Assembly: GCF_006345805.1 (NCBI RefSeq)
Contig: NC_042999.1
Location: 11,036,001-11,100,000 of the forward strand
DNA length: 64,000 bases
From: Octopus sinensis
Lineage: Eukaryota
Reading direction: 5' to 3'
In this document: positions 48,073 through 59,001 of the stretch, piece after piece
Layout: each line of letters starts with the position of its first letter
Numbering within the stretch: position 1 is the first letter of the stretch
Position numbers and translations under genes: made by a program
Notes under the pieces: generated by a model
What the model was told of the DNA's origin: nothing
Seen by the model: only the letters and a program-made list of their open reading frames with translations
The model's database searches: none

Positions 48073-48299
48073 CAGAAAATGGAGAAATATTGATCAACAA
48101 CAATTGACTTACATCAATTATTATTTTTTAATTCAATACAAATAGACTGCATCCCATCTAACAGCTGTTTCTGCTTCCAATGTCATGTGGTATTGCCATT
48201 GATATGCTGAAAATAATATTCATCATCTATTTGTATTGAATTAAAAAATGATAATTGATGTAAGTCAATTGTTGTTGATCAATATTTCTCCATTTTCTG
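48073..48299. repeat. Near-perfect fold-back with 74-bp arms
   Basis: 48073-48146 versus 48226-48299, 1 mismatch, 79-bp spacer. Confidence 0.95.
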
Positions 48300-48322
48300 T
48301 TTACTTTATATATATATATATA

Positions 48323-50015
48323 GGAAGACGATGTAACCAAGGCTATAGATGAAATGAAAACAGACTCAGCTACTGGCCCCGATGGATTCCCGGAAATCCT
48401 CCTAAAAGCATGTAAGAGAGTCCTAGCAAGACCACTGCAGTTCCTCTTTCAGAGCTTCCTTGCAGCTGGCAACTTCCAGGAAAACTGAAGGAAGGTAAAA
48501 TATGCCCCATTCATAAGGGGTAGCAGAGCGGAAGCCAAGAACTATAGACCTATCTCTCTGACCTCACACATCAGCAGGTCATGGAACGAATAGTCAGAAG
48601 GAAGCTGATCACCTTCCTTGAAGAGAATGACTTGCTGCCCGACACCCAACATGGTTTCCGACCAGGGAGAAGCTGTTTAACTCAGCTCCTACAACACTAT
48701 GACTGGGTGCTGAAACGGCTGCTCAACCACTCAAATGTGGAAGTGATATATCTCGACTTTGCAAAGGCCTTTGATAAAGTCGATCATGGAATGATATGTC
48801 ACAAACTGCGTGATCTCAACATAGTTGGAAAACTGGGAGAATGGCTTCATGACTTTCTGAAGGATAGAAGTCAGGTGGTAGTAGCCAATGGGGCCACCTC
48901 CATTAACACACAAATAGTGAGCGGTGTTCCGCAGGGCACTGTTCTGGGACCACTACTGTTCATAATGGCCCTCTCAGACATGCCCTCAGCCACGCAGAGA
49001 GCCACGATCACAAGTTATGCAGATGATACAAAAGTTTCACAGGCAATACAGAACCCTGAGGACACTAAACACCTGCAATGTGAGCTGGACGAAATATACA
49101 AGTGGGCTGAAAAGAACAGCATGCAGTTCAATGCTGGAAAGTTTCAAGCTTTATACTATCAGCATGCAAAACTGAATGCAATACCCAATGAATACACTGG
49201 ACCCGGAGGGATTGCAATCCCAGAGGCACAATCAGTGCGTGACCTGGGTATTCACATGAGTGATGACGCGACCTTTCATGTACATGTTGCTAAACTGACA
49301 ATGAAATGTAGACGGCTGGCTGGATGGATTCTTAGAACCTTTAGAACAAGAGAACAAAAACCATGATGGTCCTCTGGAAGACACTTGTCCTAAGCCACTT
49401 TGACTATTGCTCTCAGCTATGGTCACCATCCAGTGTCAAGTTGATCACAGAACTTGAGGCGATCCAACGAAGCTACACAAAGAAGATAGCCTCTATGCAG
49501 AATGTAAGCTACTGGGAAAGACTCAAGAGATTAAAATTATATTCTCTGGAGCGTAGGCGGGAAAGATATGCCATAATATACATCTGGAAGATCCTGGAGG
49601 GAAGTGTCCTGAACTTTGGCATCGAGAGTTACGCAAATGCCAGAACTGGGCACCACTGCGTGGTGCCTAGGACTCCAAACCTGCCATCAAGATGTAGGAC
49701 AAGATTCTGTGATAGCCTGGGCTTCCGAGGCCCACAGCTCTTCAATATCCTCCCGAAGAACCTGAGAGACCTGCATGGGGTGGATACAGATGTCTTTAAA
49801 ATGAAGCTGGATCTCTTCCTGTCAGGTGTCCCAGATGAACCAACTTCACGGCAGGAGGGGCAGATGAGGGCAGCTGCATCGAACTCTCTCATGCACCAAA
49901 TAGCAGTTGCTAGAAAGCCTCCATGAAGTGAAACCAAGTAGCAACACCAAATGGCGGTGCCCCAGCATGGCCACAGCTCATAAGCTGAAACTAGAATCAA
50001 TCAATCAATCAATCA
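48323..50015 (+). mobile_element. CR1-group LINE, 5'-truncated (RT + 3' UTR + (AATC)n tail), same family as 21.6-24.6 kb
   Basis: ORFs 48581-49366 and 49363-49926 carry the RT motifs; flanked on both sides by (TA)n. Confidence 0.95.
48581..49926 (+). pseudogene. CR1 reverse transcriptase, split by a single frameshift near 49360
   Basis: QHGFRPGRSC, YLDFAKAFDKVDHG, GVPQGTVLGPLLF, YADDTK, YSLERRRER, VPDEP. Confidence 0.95.
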
Positions 50016-50067
50016 TATATATATATATATATATATATCATATATATATATATATGTAGTATATATA

Positions 50068-50107
<40 letters not shown>

Positions 50108-50194
50108 GTGTGTGTTTGTGACTCCTTGTCTTAACCTCACACATGATAGTCATAAGTGAGTGTCTCTGTCATTCAAATAGTATCTTCATTTCCA

Positions 50195-50370
50195 TTCTTC
50201 CATGAAAAACATGTCTGGCCACGGGGAAATGTCACCTTTGCTTGGAAACAGATGAGGGTTTAGTAACAGGAAAGGCATCCAGTCATAGAAAAATCTGCCC
50301 CAACAAATCTTGTCAGAACCATGCCAATGTGGAAAAGTGAATGTTAAAATGACGATAAACAATGATGAAG
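50195..50370 (+). mobile_element. Old RTE-like tail
   Basis: aacaggaaaggcatccagtcatagaaaa...ccatgccaatgtggaaaagtgaatgttaaaatgacg. Confidence 0.65.
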
Positions 50371-50730
50371 CCAAGAATATCAAGAGAAATGATTTTGCTT
50401 GATATTCAAGAAGGAAATAAGCATGGACTCTGTAATGTCTGGTCAGTGTAAAGAAAGAAGACCTTAAGATCTCAGCGTGAAATAGAATTGCTCTCCTTAT
50501 ACATCTATAATTTGCACTGAGAAAACAAAAAACAAGCATATAAGGCACACTTATTACTCTAGAATAATTAAAACTGTAAACAAACATAAACAGAAGACTG
50601 TACATAACTGACCTAACACACCAGAATTTGTAGTGATAGAGATTCTAGGTTGATGTGGTTAACTTTGAAAGAGGTGTGCAAGTTTTCCTGCCAAATAGTT
50701 TGATCGAAAGTTCTAGAAACTGATGCTTAC

Positions 50731-50994
50731 AGTCATAAAATGCTGGTGAATTCAATCTCAGACTAGAATCATTTAGTAGTACACAAAAAATTGTCACTTT
50801 GCTCAGAGCTGTCTGGCTATATACATTCTCCACTCAGGCACCCACAACCCATTCATTTTCTACTTTATGTCACAAGTTGTGCATCCAAATTTCTCGGCCC
50901 CACTTTAGCTATTATGCCCAATTCTTTCTCTCCAGATTATCAGCCCCCTAGAATGTTCTCCCTGCTCATGTCCTTCTCTTCTGCAGGCATTGAT
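50731..50994 (-). other. Candidate non-coding exon
   Basis: Acceptor ttttttggtttgtttttgcag|, donor ACT|GTAAGC; a second strong acceptor cttgttttttgttttctcag| at 50516; stops in all frames. Confidence 0.25.
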
Positions 50995-51521
50995 CTGCAA
51001 AAACAAACCAAAAAACATACAACTGCGACTAATCCATGATTCAAATTCACAGATATTGGGCATCCAAACAAGAATTTTCTCTTAACTATCCTTTAATAAC
51101 CATAGTGCTATGGTCATAACAAAATATTAACTTTCAGTGGCTAAGTCCACCTTGTTCAGCATAGATATCATAGTGTAGTGTAGTGTACCTCCATTAGTTG
51201 TGTTTCGACTCTGGTGAGGAGGCTGGTTCTTTTCTTATGAAAAATCACATGTAACCAGGGCAATATTCCAATTATAAAAGACTTGTTTCTTAATCTCTTT
51301 TACACTGTAACTTGTTTCAGTCATTTGACTGTGGCCATGCTGGAGCACCGCCTTTTAAATCTATAAATATCTCAGAGATAAACACCAGCCCAGAGCATAA
51401 TGGAGATCCACGGAGAAACAAGATTCATAAGCTTTCAATTGACACTCAGTAAAAAGAAAGGAAACTTGCCTCTGATGAAGACAGTAGCTTTGCTCTAATT
51501 CATGAAATGGATGAACCTGCT

Positions 51522-51590
<69 letters not shown>

Positions 51591-52160
51591 TGTGTGTGTG
51601 TGTGTGTATTTCCTTACTCTTTACTATTTATAAACATGATATTCTGTCCTTCTGAACATATGGCATTTATATTTTATTTCATTTATGTCACAGTTGCCTG
51701 AGGGCAACAGTGACATAAGTAAGAATGATTTAGATAAGGGAGGGCGTAAGTAGGAGTTAGTAAAAGACACATGAACATGAATACATGAATATAACATTAA
51801 CCGTGGAGTTGGGGAATGGGGAGACATGGGGAGACATGGGGGTTCTCCCATAAAAAAAACCCCTCTTCATTCCACACCAGATATAACAGGGAATTGGTCC
51901 ATTGTAGCACTGTTAGGTTAAGCAACACTCACAAACATGCCCCCCCCCCGTGTATACCTTCACCTATTCTTATACTTGTGTATGCGCTGTATGTGTGTGA
52001 GTGTATTGTGTAGTGTGTGTGTGTGTAGTGTGGTGTGTGTGTGTGTGTGTGGTGTGTGTGTGTGTGTGTGTGTATTGTGTGTGTGTGTGTGTGTATTGTG
52101 TGTGTGTGTGTATGTGTATTGTGTGTGTGTGTGTGTGTATTGTGTGTGTGTGTGTGTGTG

Positions 52161-52320
52161 TAGCCATTCTCAAGAATATATTCTCAGCCATGTCTTATGA
52201 AGACTGACAGACACTCACCATAAAACAAGTTAAAAGTGAGGAAACTTCTGATTTTTCTTTGTTTCTTGGCTTCTTTCTTTCTTCCTTTCTTCCTTTCTTT
52301 CTTTCTTTTCACCTTTTTTC
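52161..52320 (+). repeat. About 150-bp direct repeat, copy 1 (copy 2 at 54161-54305)
   Basis: Shared 34-bp core caccataaaa(c/t)aagttaaaagtgaggaaacttct; both copies follow (TG)n. Confidence 0.85.
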
Positions 52321-53254
52321 CAATCGATCAGATTACTGCAACTGTTTTATTGATTTTTTTTATTGATTCTTTATTGACCTCACAAAACGCTACAAAAACA
52401 TAGATTTTTCTACATCTGTTCACTAACAACATCGACTCATTTCTTGGAACATTTATAATAATTAAGGATAATTATGTTAACGAACTCTATTTATTATGCA
52501 TGACCAGACGTGAGCATGGCTGTGTGATTTTCAGCTCAGTTCAACAGCAGAGTACCTTGGGCAGGGGCCTTTTGTCATAGTCCCCTTGTTTTGACACCAA
52601 GCAATGGATCTAAATGAGTATCACTGTTGTTCAAATCAATGTTGCTGGTTCCAGTTTTCCACCAACAAGCATTTCTGGCCACAGGGGGTGGAGTGGGGGT
52701 ATCACCTTGCTTGGAATCTGATGAGTGTTGGTGACAGGAAGAGCATCCAGCCATGGAAAATTAGCTTCAGCAAATTCCATCTGATCCATGCAAGCATGGT
52801 AGGGTGGTTGCCGAAATGACAATGAGGTGTGGGTGGGGGGATGATGATGACAATGACAATGAGGGAGATATATAAGGATATAAGGAATGGTAAGGCTTCA
52901 AGTTTCTACAAACGAGTATGAAAATATATTTTCATTTAGAACTTTGTTAAGAGAACTAATTCAGTGACATAAAGGGAAGAAAATGGATGCAGGGGTTAGC
53001 AATGGTTCCCCTAAAAGTTGTTTATTCTAGAGAGAGCTTAAAATAGTTCACCAATATCCTTGTATTTAAGGTTTTGTTATCATCATCATCATCATCCTCT
53101 CCTCTGTCCTTCACCTTCATCCTCCTCAATATCATCACCTGTATTTGAACACAAAGACTGCCCACCGGGTGGTTTTCTGGTCATTGCTGACGAAATTTCC
53201 ACATTTTGCTCCCAATTTGCGGAATTATTCTGATATATTATTCTTTCTTTTTTA

Positions 53255-54029
53255 TATTGTTTTATTCATTTCAGTCATTTGACTGCGGCCATGCTGGAGC
53301 ACCACCAGGACTTATTCTTTTTAAGCCCAGTACTTATTCTATCAGTTTCTTTTGCTGAACTGCTAATTAATAAGGACGTAAACACACCAACATCGGTTAT
53401 CAAGCAATGTTGGGGGTACAAATGCAGACATACAAACATACACACATACATACATATATAAATATATCTCTCTCTCCCCCCCGTCTGTCTTGATAGACAA
53501 TGGGTCGCGCCAAGGGTGGGCCCTACTTTGATGATGAGCAGCGTCTGCTGTGACTGAACAGTCCAATTCTAGAGTGGCAGTCCCTGGTACAGTTGCTGCA
53601 CACGAACATCGATGGGTACGTGTGGGGTGTTGCTGCAGTTGTCCTCCTCCTGTCCCGCCTGTCTGACCACAGCTGTGCTCTCCTTTCCTCAGCCATGGAA
53701 ACGCCTTTCCTTACTGTCCGACGCCAAGCAGAGCGGTCAGCAGCTGTTACCTCCCACGTGTCCACACAGATGTTGGCAGTCCTCAGGTCGCGCTTGCACA
53801 CATCCCTGTATCGTAGCTGTGGACGTCCCTTGGGATAAATATATATATATATATATATACATACACGACAGGCATTTTTCAATTTCCGTCTACCAAATCC
53901 ACTCACAAAGCTTTGGTTGGCCCAAAGCTATAGTAGAAGACACCTGCCCAAGGTGTTATGCAGTGGGACTGAACCCAGAACCATGTGGGGTTGGTAAGCA
54001 AGCTACTTACCACACAGCCACTCCTGCAT
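53255..54029 (-). mobile_element. SINE family A split by an RTE insertion in its internal microsatellite
   Basis: SINE head at 53862-54029 and tail at 53255-53440. Confidence 0.85.
53472..53834 (-). pseudogene. RTE (BovB-like) ORF C-terminus with cysteine/histidine motif and 3' UTR
   Basis: GRPQLRYRDVCKRDL...WEVTAADRSAWR...FVCSNCTRDCHSRIGLFSHSRRC*. Confidence 0.9.
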
Positions 54030-54160
54030 GTGTCTAATTTTCCTTTCTATCTTTTATTCCTTTAGTACCACTCACTTGATCAGAAAATAAATTTAGAATA
54101 ATAAGCAAGAACTCAAAGGCAGCTTTAGAATTTATGAAGAAATTAGGTGTGTGTGTGTGT

Positions 54161-54305
54161 GTGCCCATCCTCAAGAATATACATTCAGGTACATTTTATA
54201 AAGACAGACAGATGCACACCATAAAATAAGTTAAAAGTGAGGAAACTTCTATATTTTTTTGTATCTTTGTTTCTTTCTTTTGTCTTTCATATTTTTCACT
54301 TTTTG
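54161..54305 (+). repeat. About 150-bp direct repeat, copy 2
   Basis: See 52161-52320. Confidence 0.85.
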
Positions 54306-54334
54306 TTGTTCTAACTTAGCCATATACAAATCCT

Positions 54335-54882
54335 CAGTTTAGTGGAAGAGGTAGACCCAGGAAGACATGGGATGAGGTGGTGAAGCATGATCGTCAAACG
54401 TTGGACCTCACAGATGCAATGACTAGTGACCGAGACCTTTGGTGATATGCTCTGCTTGAGAAGACCAGTCAAGCCAAGTGAAATGATAGGTGTGGCCCTT
54501 GTTGGCATCATGTGACAGGCACCCATGCCAGTGGCATGTAAAAAGGTACCTTTCAAGTGTTGGGCCTCATGGAGGCAATGACAAATGATCGAGGCCTTTG
54601 CAATATGCTGTGCTTGAGAAAAAGACATTATTAAGCCAAGTGAAATTGTAGTCATGGCAGATACTGATGTCACGCTACTAGCACCCATGCTGGTGACACA
54701 TAAAACCACCCATTACACTCTGTAAAGTGGTTGACATCAGGAAGGGCATCCAGCTGTAGAAACCAGGCCAAACCTGATTGCAGTCTGGTGCAGCCCTTCA
54801 GATTACCAGCCTTGGTCAAACCATCCAACCCATGCCAGCATAGACAATGGATGCTAAATGATGGTGATGATGATGATGATGA
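54335..54882 (+). mobile_element. RTE LINE ORF end (partly duplicated) plus 3' tail
   Basis: GRGRPRKTWDEVVKHD...DRDLW.YALLEKT.QAK* followed by a second similar block, then the standard tail. Confidence 0.85.
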
Positions 54883-55329
54883 ACAATACCTAACAAATAT
54901 GAAAGGACACTGAAATCAACATGATTTGGCTGATGTGAGATTGAACTTATAATTTTGAGAAATATTTTCACTGATCTGTCATTAGAAAGTAGTATTGCAA
55001 ATATTTGGCAATCTATAAACTTCCAGAAGATGTACAAAGACTTCAAAAACGCTACTTTGCAGTGCAAGATGACTATGTTGCAGTGAACAAAAATTAGGTT
55101 TGCAATTGAATTATGAGTTGGAATTTTCAGCAATAAAGGATTCTTGAAAATCACATTTTGATAATTAAAAAAAAAGATTAAAATTGGAATTTATAAGACT
55201 TTTCTAGAAAGTGTAGACTTGAATAATTGTTTTCTTTTAATAAAAGTTACATGTTCCAAACTATTTTATAAGCAACTTTCTTTATAATAGTAAAGATGTC
55301 CATTTTTCTATTCTGGTACTATGTCTACA

Positions 55330-55485
55330 GTAAGATATTCTTTTCTACTCCGGGCACAAGGCCCAAAAGTTTGGGGGGAGAGGCGGGGGCCAGTCGATTA
55401 GATCGACCCCAGTATGCAACTGGTATGTAATTCATTGACCCTGAAAGAATGAAAGGCAAAGTGGACCTCAGTGGAATTTGTCTGC
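55330..55485 (-). mobile_element. SINE family B relic with a different tail
   Basis: gtcgattagatcgaccccagt...gaaagaatgaaaggcaaagtggacctcagtggaatttg. Confidence 0.75.
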
Positions 55486-55761
55486 AGTAGCATATTACCA
55501 TTCCTCTAAGTCCTCTCACCTATGAGACTCAGCAGCCTAATTTCCAGCTTCACCATTTGTCAGTCATCAAAAGTAAAGCAGAATTGTTATTTGTAAAGCC
55601 AAGCAATCCATGTGTTCACTCTTTTGGCTCCAAGTCAAATGAGACCATATTTGATTTTAGGATACAAACCTTGTATGTTTCAACATGATTTCAATTAAAA
55701 GCTTTTCATCTTAATTTATGTCCCAAATAACTGTTTAAAAAACAAGGTTATTTCACCGGAT

Positions 55762-56290
55762 TTTGGCCGTGTGGTAAGAAGCCTGCTTCCCAACCTCATA
55801 ATTCTGGATTCAGATCCATTGCATGGCACCTTGGGCAAATACCAACCTTAGGTTGACCAGAGCTTTGCGGTTAGATTTTATCATCATCATCGTTTAACGT
55901 CCTTTTTCCATGCTAGCATGGGTTGAACGGTTCAACTGGGGTCTGGAAAGCCAGAAGGCTGCACCAGGCCCCAGTCTGATCAGGCAGTGTTTCTGCAGCT
56001 GGATGCCCTTCCAAATGTCAACCACTCCGTAGGTGTAGTGGGTGCTTTTTATGTGCCACCAGCACAGGGGCCAGAGGAATCTGGCAATGGCCCCGAATGA
56101 TTGGTGCTTTTTACATGCTACCAGCATGGAAGCCAGTCAAGGCAGCACTGGCATCAGCCATGTTTGGACGGTGCCTTTTATGTGCCACCGACACGGGGAT
56201 CACAACTACAATTTCGATTTGGTAGGCAGAAACTGAAAGAAGACCATTATATGTGTGTGTGTGTGCATGTGTGTATGTGTGCGTGTGTGT
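55762..56290 (+). mobile_element. SINE family A interrupted by a minus-strand RTE tail (55880-56215)
   Basis: SINE resumes at gatttggtaggcagaaactgaaagaag; gattt flanks the insert on both sides (55874 and 56216). Confidence 0.8.
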
Positions 56291-56701
56291 GTGCATGTGT
56301 GCATGCAAGGGGGGTGTTTCTGTTTGCGTCTCCTCACCTGACATCATGCGATACCTGTAAACAAACTTCACCTTCATACTATCAGCATTGTTCATTTGCT
56401 ACCTTCCACAAAATCATACCTGACCATAGGGGAACATTATTTTGTTTGCAATCAGGTGAGGATTGGTGACAGGAAGGCTATTTGAGTGTAGAAAAGCTGC
56501 CTGAATGAATTTTGTCCGACCCATGCATACATGGAAAACTGGACGTTAAAATGGTGATGATAACAATGATGGTGATGATTATCATTTATATTTTTATTGT
56601 TGTTTTCTTTTGTTGCTGTTGTTGATGATGATGACGATGATGATGATGATGATGGTGTTGTTGTTGTTCTTCTTCTTCTTGCTCTATTATTATCATCATC
56701 A

Positions 56702-56745
<44 letters not shown>

Positions 56746-56824
56746 TTTATTTTTATTATAATTATTTTGAGTAGATACTATTAAATAAAAAAAAATAGAA
56801 TTCAAATTTGAGAATTTGTAGATA

Positions 56825-58968
56825 CAGCTCTGTGTCTCTGTCTTTCAGTCTCACACTCTCTCCTTTCAGTTTCTCTGTCTCTCAGTCTCTCTGTCTCTCA
56901 ATCTCTCTGTCTCTCAGTCTCTCAATCTCTCTGTCTCTCTGTCTTTCAGTCTCTTAGTCTCTCTCTCACACTCTCTCTCTCTCTCTCAGTCTGTCTGTCT
57001 CTCAGTCTCTCTGTCTCTCAGTCTCTCAGTCTCTCTATCTCTCAATCTCTCTGTCTCTCAGTCTCTCAATCTCTCTGTCTCTCTGTCTTTCAGTCTCTCA
57101 GTCTCTCTCTCTCACTCTCTCTCTCTCAGTCTCTCTGTCTCTCAGTCTCTCTGTCTCTCAGTCTCTCAGTCTCTCTATCTCTCAGTCTCTGTCTCTCAGT
57201 ATCTCTATCTCTCTGTCTCTCAGTCTCTCAGTCTCTCAGTCTCTCAGTCTCTCTATCTCTCAGTCTCTGTCTCTCTGTCTCTCAGTCTCTCAGTCTCTCT
57301 GTCTCTCTCTGTCTCTCTCTCTCTCTGTCTCTCTGTCTCTCAATCTCTCTGTCTCTCAGTCTCTCAATCTCTCTGTCTCTCTGTCTTTCAGTCTCTCAGT
57401 CTCTCTCTCTCACTCTCTCTCTGTCTCTCAGTCTCTCTGTCTCTCAGTCTCTCTGTCTCTCAGTCTCTCAGTCTCTCTCTGTCTCTCAGTCTCTCAGTCT
57501 CTCTGTCTCTCAGTCTCTCTGTCTCTCTGTCTTTCAGTCTCTCAGTCTCTCTCAGTCTCCTAGTCTCTCTCACTCTCTGTCTCTCAGTCTCTCTGTCTCT
57601 CAGTCTCTCAGTCTCTCTCTGACTCTCAGTCTCTCAGTCTCTCAGTCTCTCTTTCTCTCTGTCTCTCAGTCTCTCAGTATCTCTGTCTCTCTGTCTCTCT
57701 GTCTCTCTGTCTCTCTGTCTCTCAGTCTCTCAGTATCCCTGTCTCTCTGTCTCTCAGTCTCTCAGTCTCTCTGTCTCTCTGTCTCTCAGTCTCTCAGTAT
57801 CTCTGTCTCTCTGTCTCTCTGTCTCTCTGTCTCTCTGTCTCTCAGTCTCTCTGTCTCTAGTCCTCCTGTCTCTTCGTCTCTCTGCTCTCTCCTCTCTTCT
57901 CTCAGTATCTCTGTCTCTCTGTCTCTCTGTCTCTCGTTCTCTTCTCTCAGTTCTCTCTCAGTCCTAAGTAATCTCTGTCTCTCTGTCTCTCTGTCTCTCA
58001 GTCTCTCAGTCTCTCTGTCTCTCTGTCTCTCAGTCTCTCAGTATCTCTGTCTCTCTGTCTCTCTGTCTCTCTGTCTCTCTGTCTCTCAGTCTCTCTGTCT
58101 CTCAGTCTCTCTGTCTCTCTGTCTCTCTCTCTCTGTCTCTCAGTATCTCTGTCTCTCTGTCTCTCTGTCTCTCTGTCTCTCAGTCTCTCTCAGTCTCTAA
58201 GTATCTCTGTCTCTCTGTCTCTCTCTCTCTCAGTCTCTCTCTGTCTCTCAGTCTCTCAGTCTCTCAGTCTCTCTGTCTCTCTGTCTCTCAGTATCTCTGT
58301 CTCTCTGTCTCTCTGTCTCTCTGTCTCTCTGTCTCTCTGTCTCTCTGTCTCTTCTCTGTCTCTCTCTCTCTCACTGTCTCTCTGTCTCTCTCTCTCTCTC
58401 AGTCTCTCAGTCTCTCTCTCTCTGTCTTTCAGTCTCTCTCTCTCAGTCTCTCAGTCTCTCTCTGTCTCTCAGTCTCTCAGTCTCTCAGTCTCTCTATCTC
58501 TCTGGCTCTCAGTCTCTCTCTGTCTCCCAGTCTGTCTGTCTCTCAGTCTCTCAGTCTCTCTTTAACTGTGTCTCTCAGTCTCTCTGTCTCTCTGTCTCTC
58601 TCTCTCTCTGTCTCTCAGTCTCTCAGTCTCTCTCTCTCTGTGTCTCTCTGTCTCTCAGTCTCTCTGTCTCTTTGTTTCTCTGTCTCTCTGTCTCTCTCTC
58701 TCTCTGTCTCTCAGTCTCTCAGTCTCTCTCTCTCTCTCAGTCTCTCTGTCTCTTTGTTTCTCTGTCTCTCAGTCTCTGTCTCTCTCTCAGTCTCTCAGTC
58801 TCTCTCTGTCTCTCTGTCTCTCTGTCTCTCAGTCTCTCTGTCTCTCTCTCTCTCTGTCTCTCTGTCTCTCAGTCTCTCTGTCTCTCTCTCTCTCTGTCTC
58901 TCAATCTCTCTGTCTCTCTGTGTCTCAGTCTCTCAGTCTCTCTGTCTCTCAGTATCTCTGTCTCTCAG

Positions 58969-59001
<33 letters not shown>

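Noticed and set aside
51470-51515. CTGATGAAG...GAAA possible hammerhead
   Set aside because: No convincing stem II or stem I pairing.
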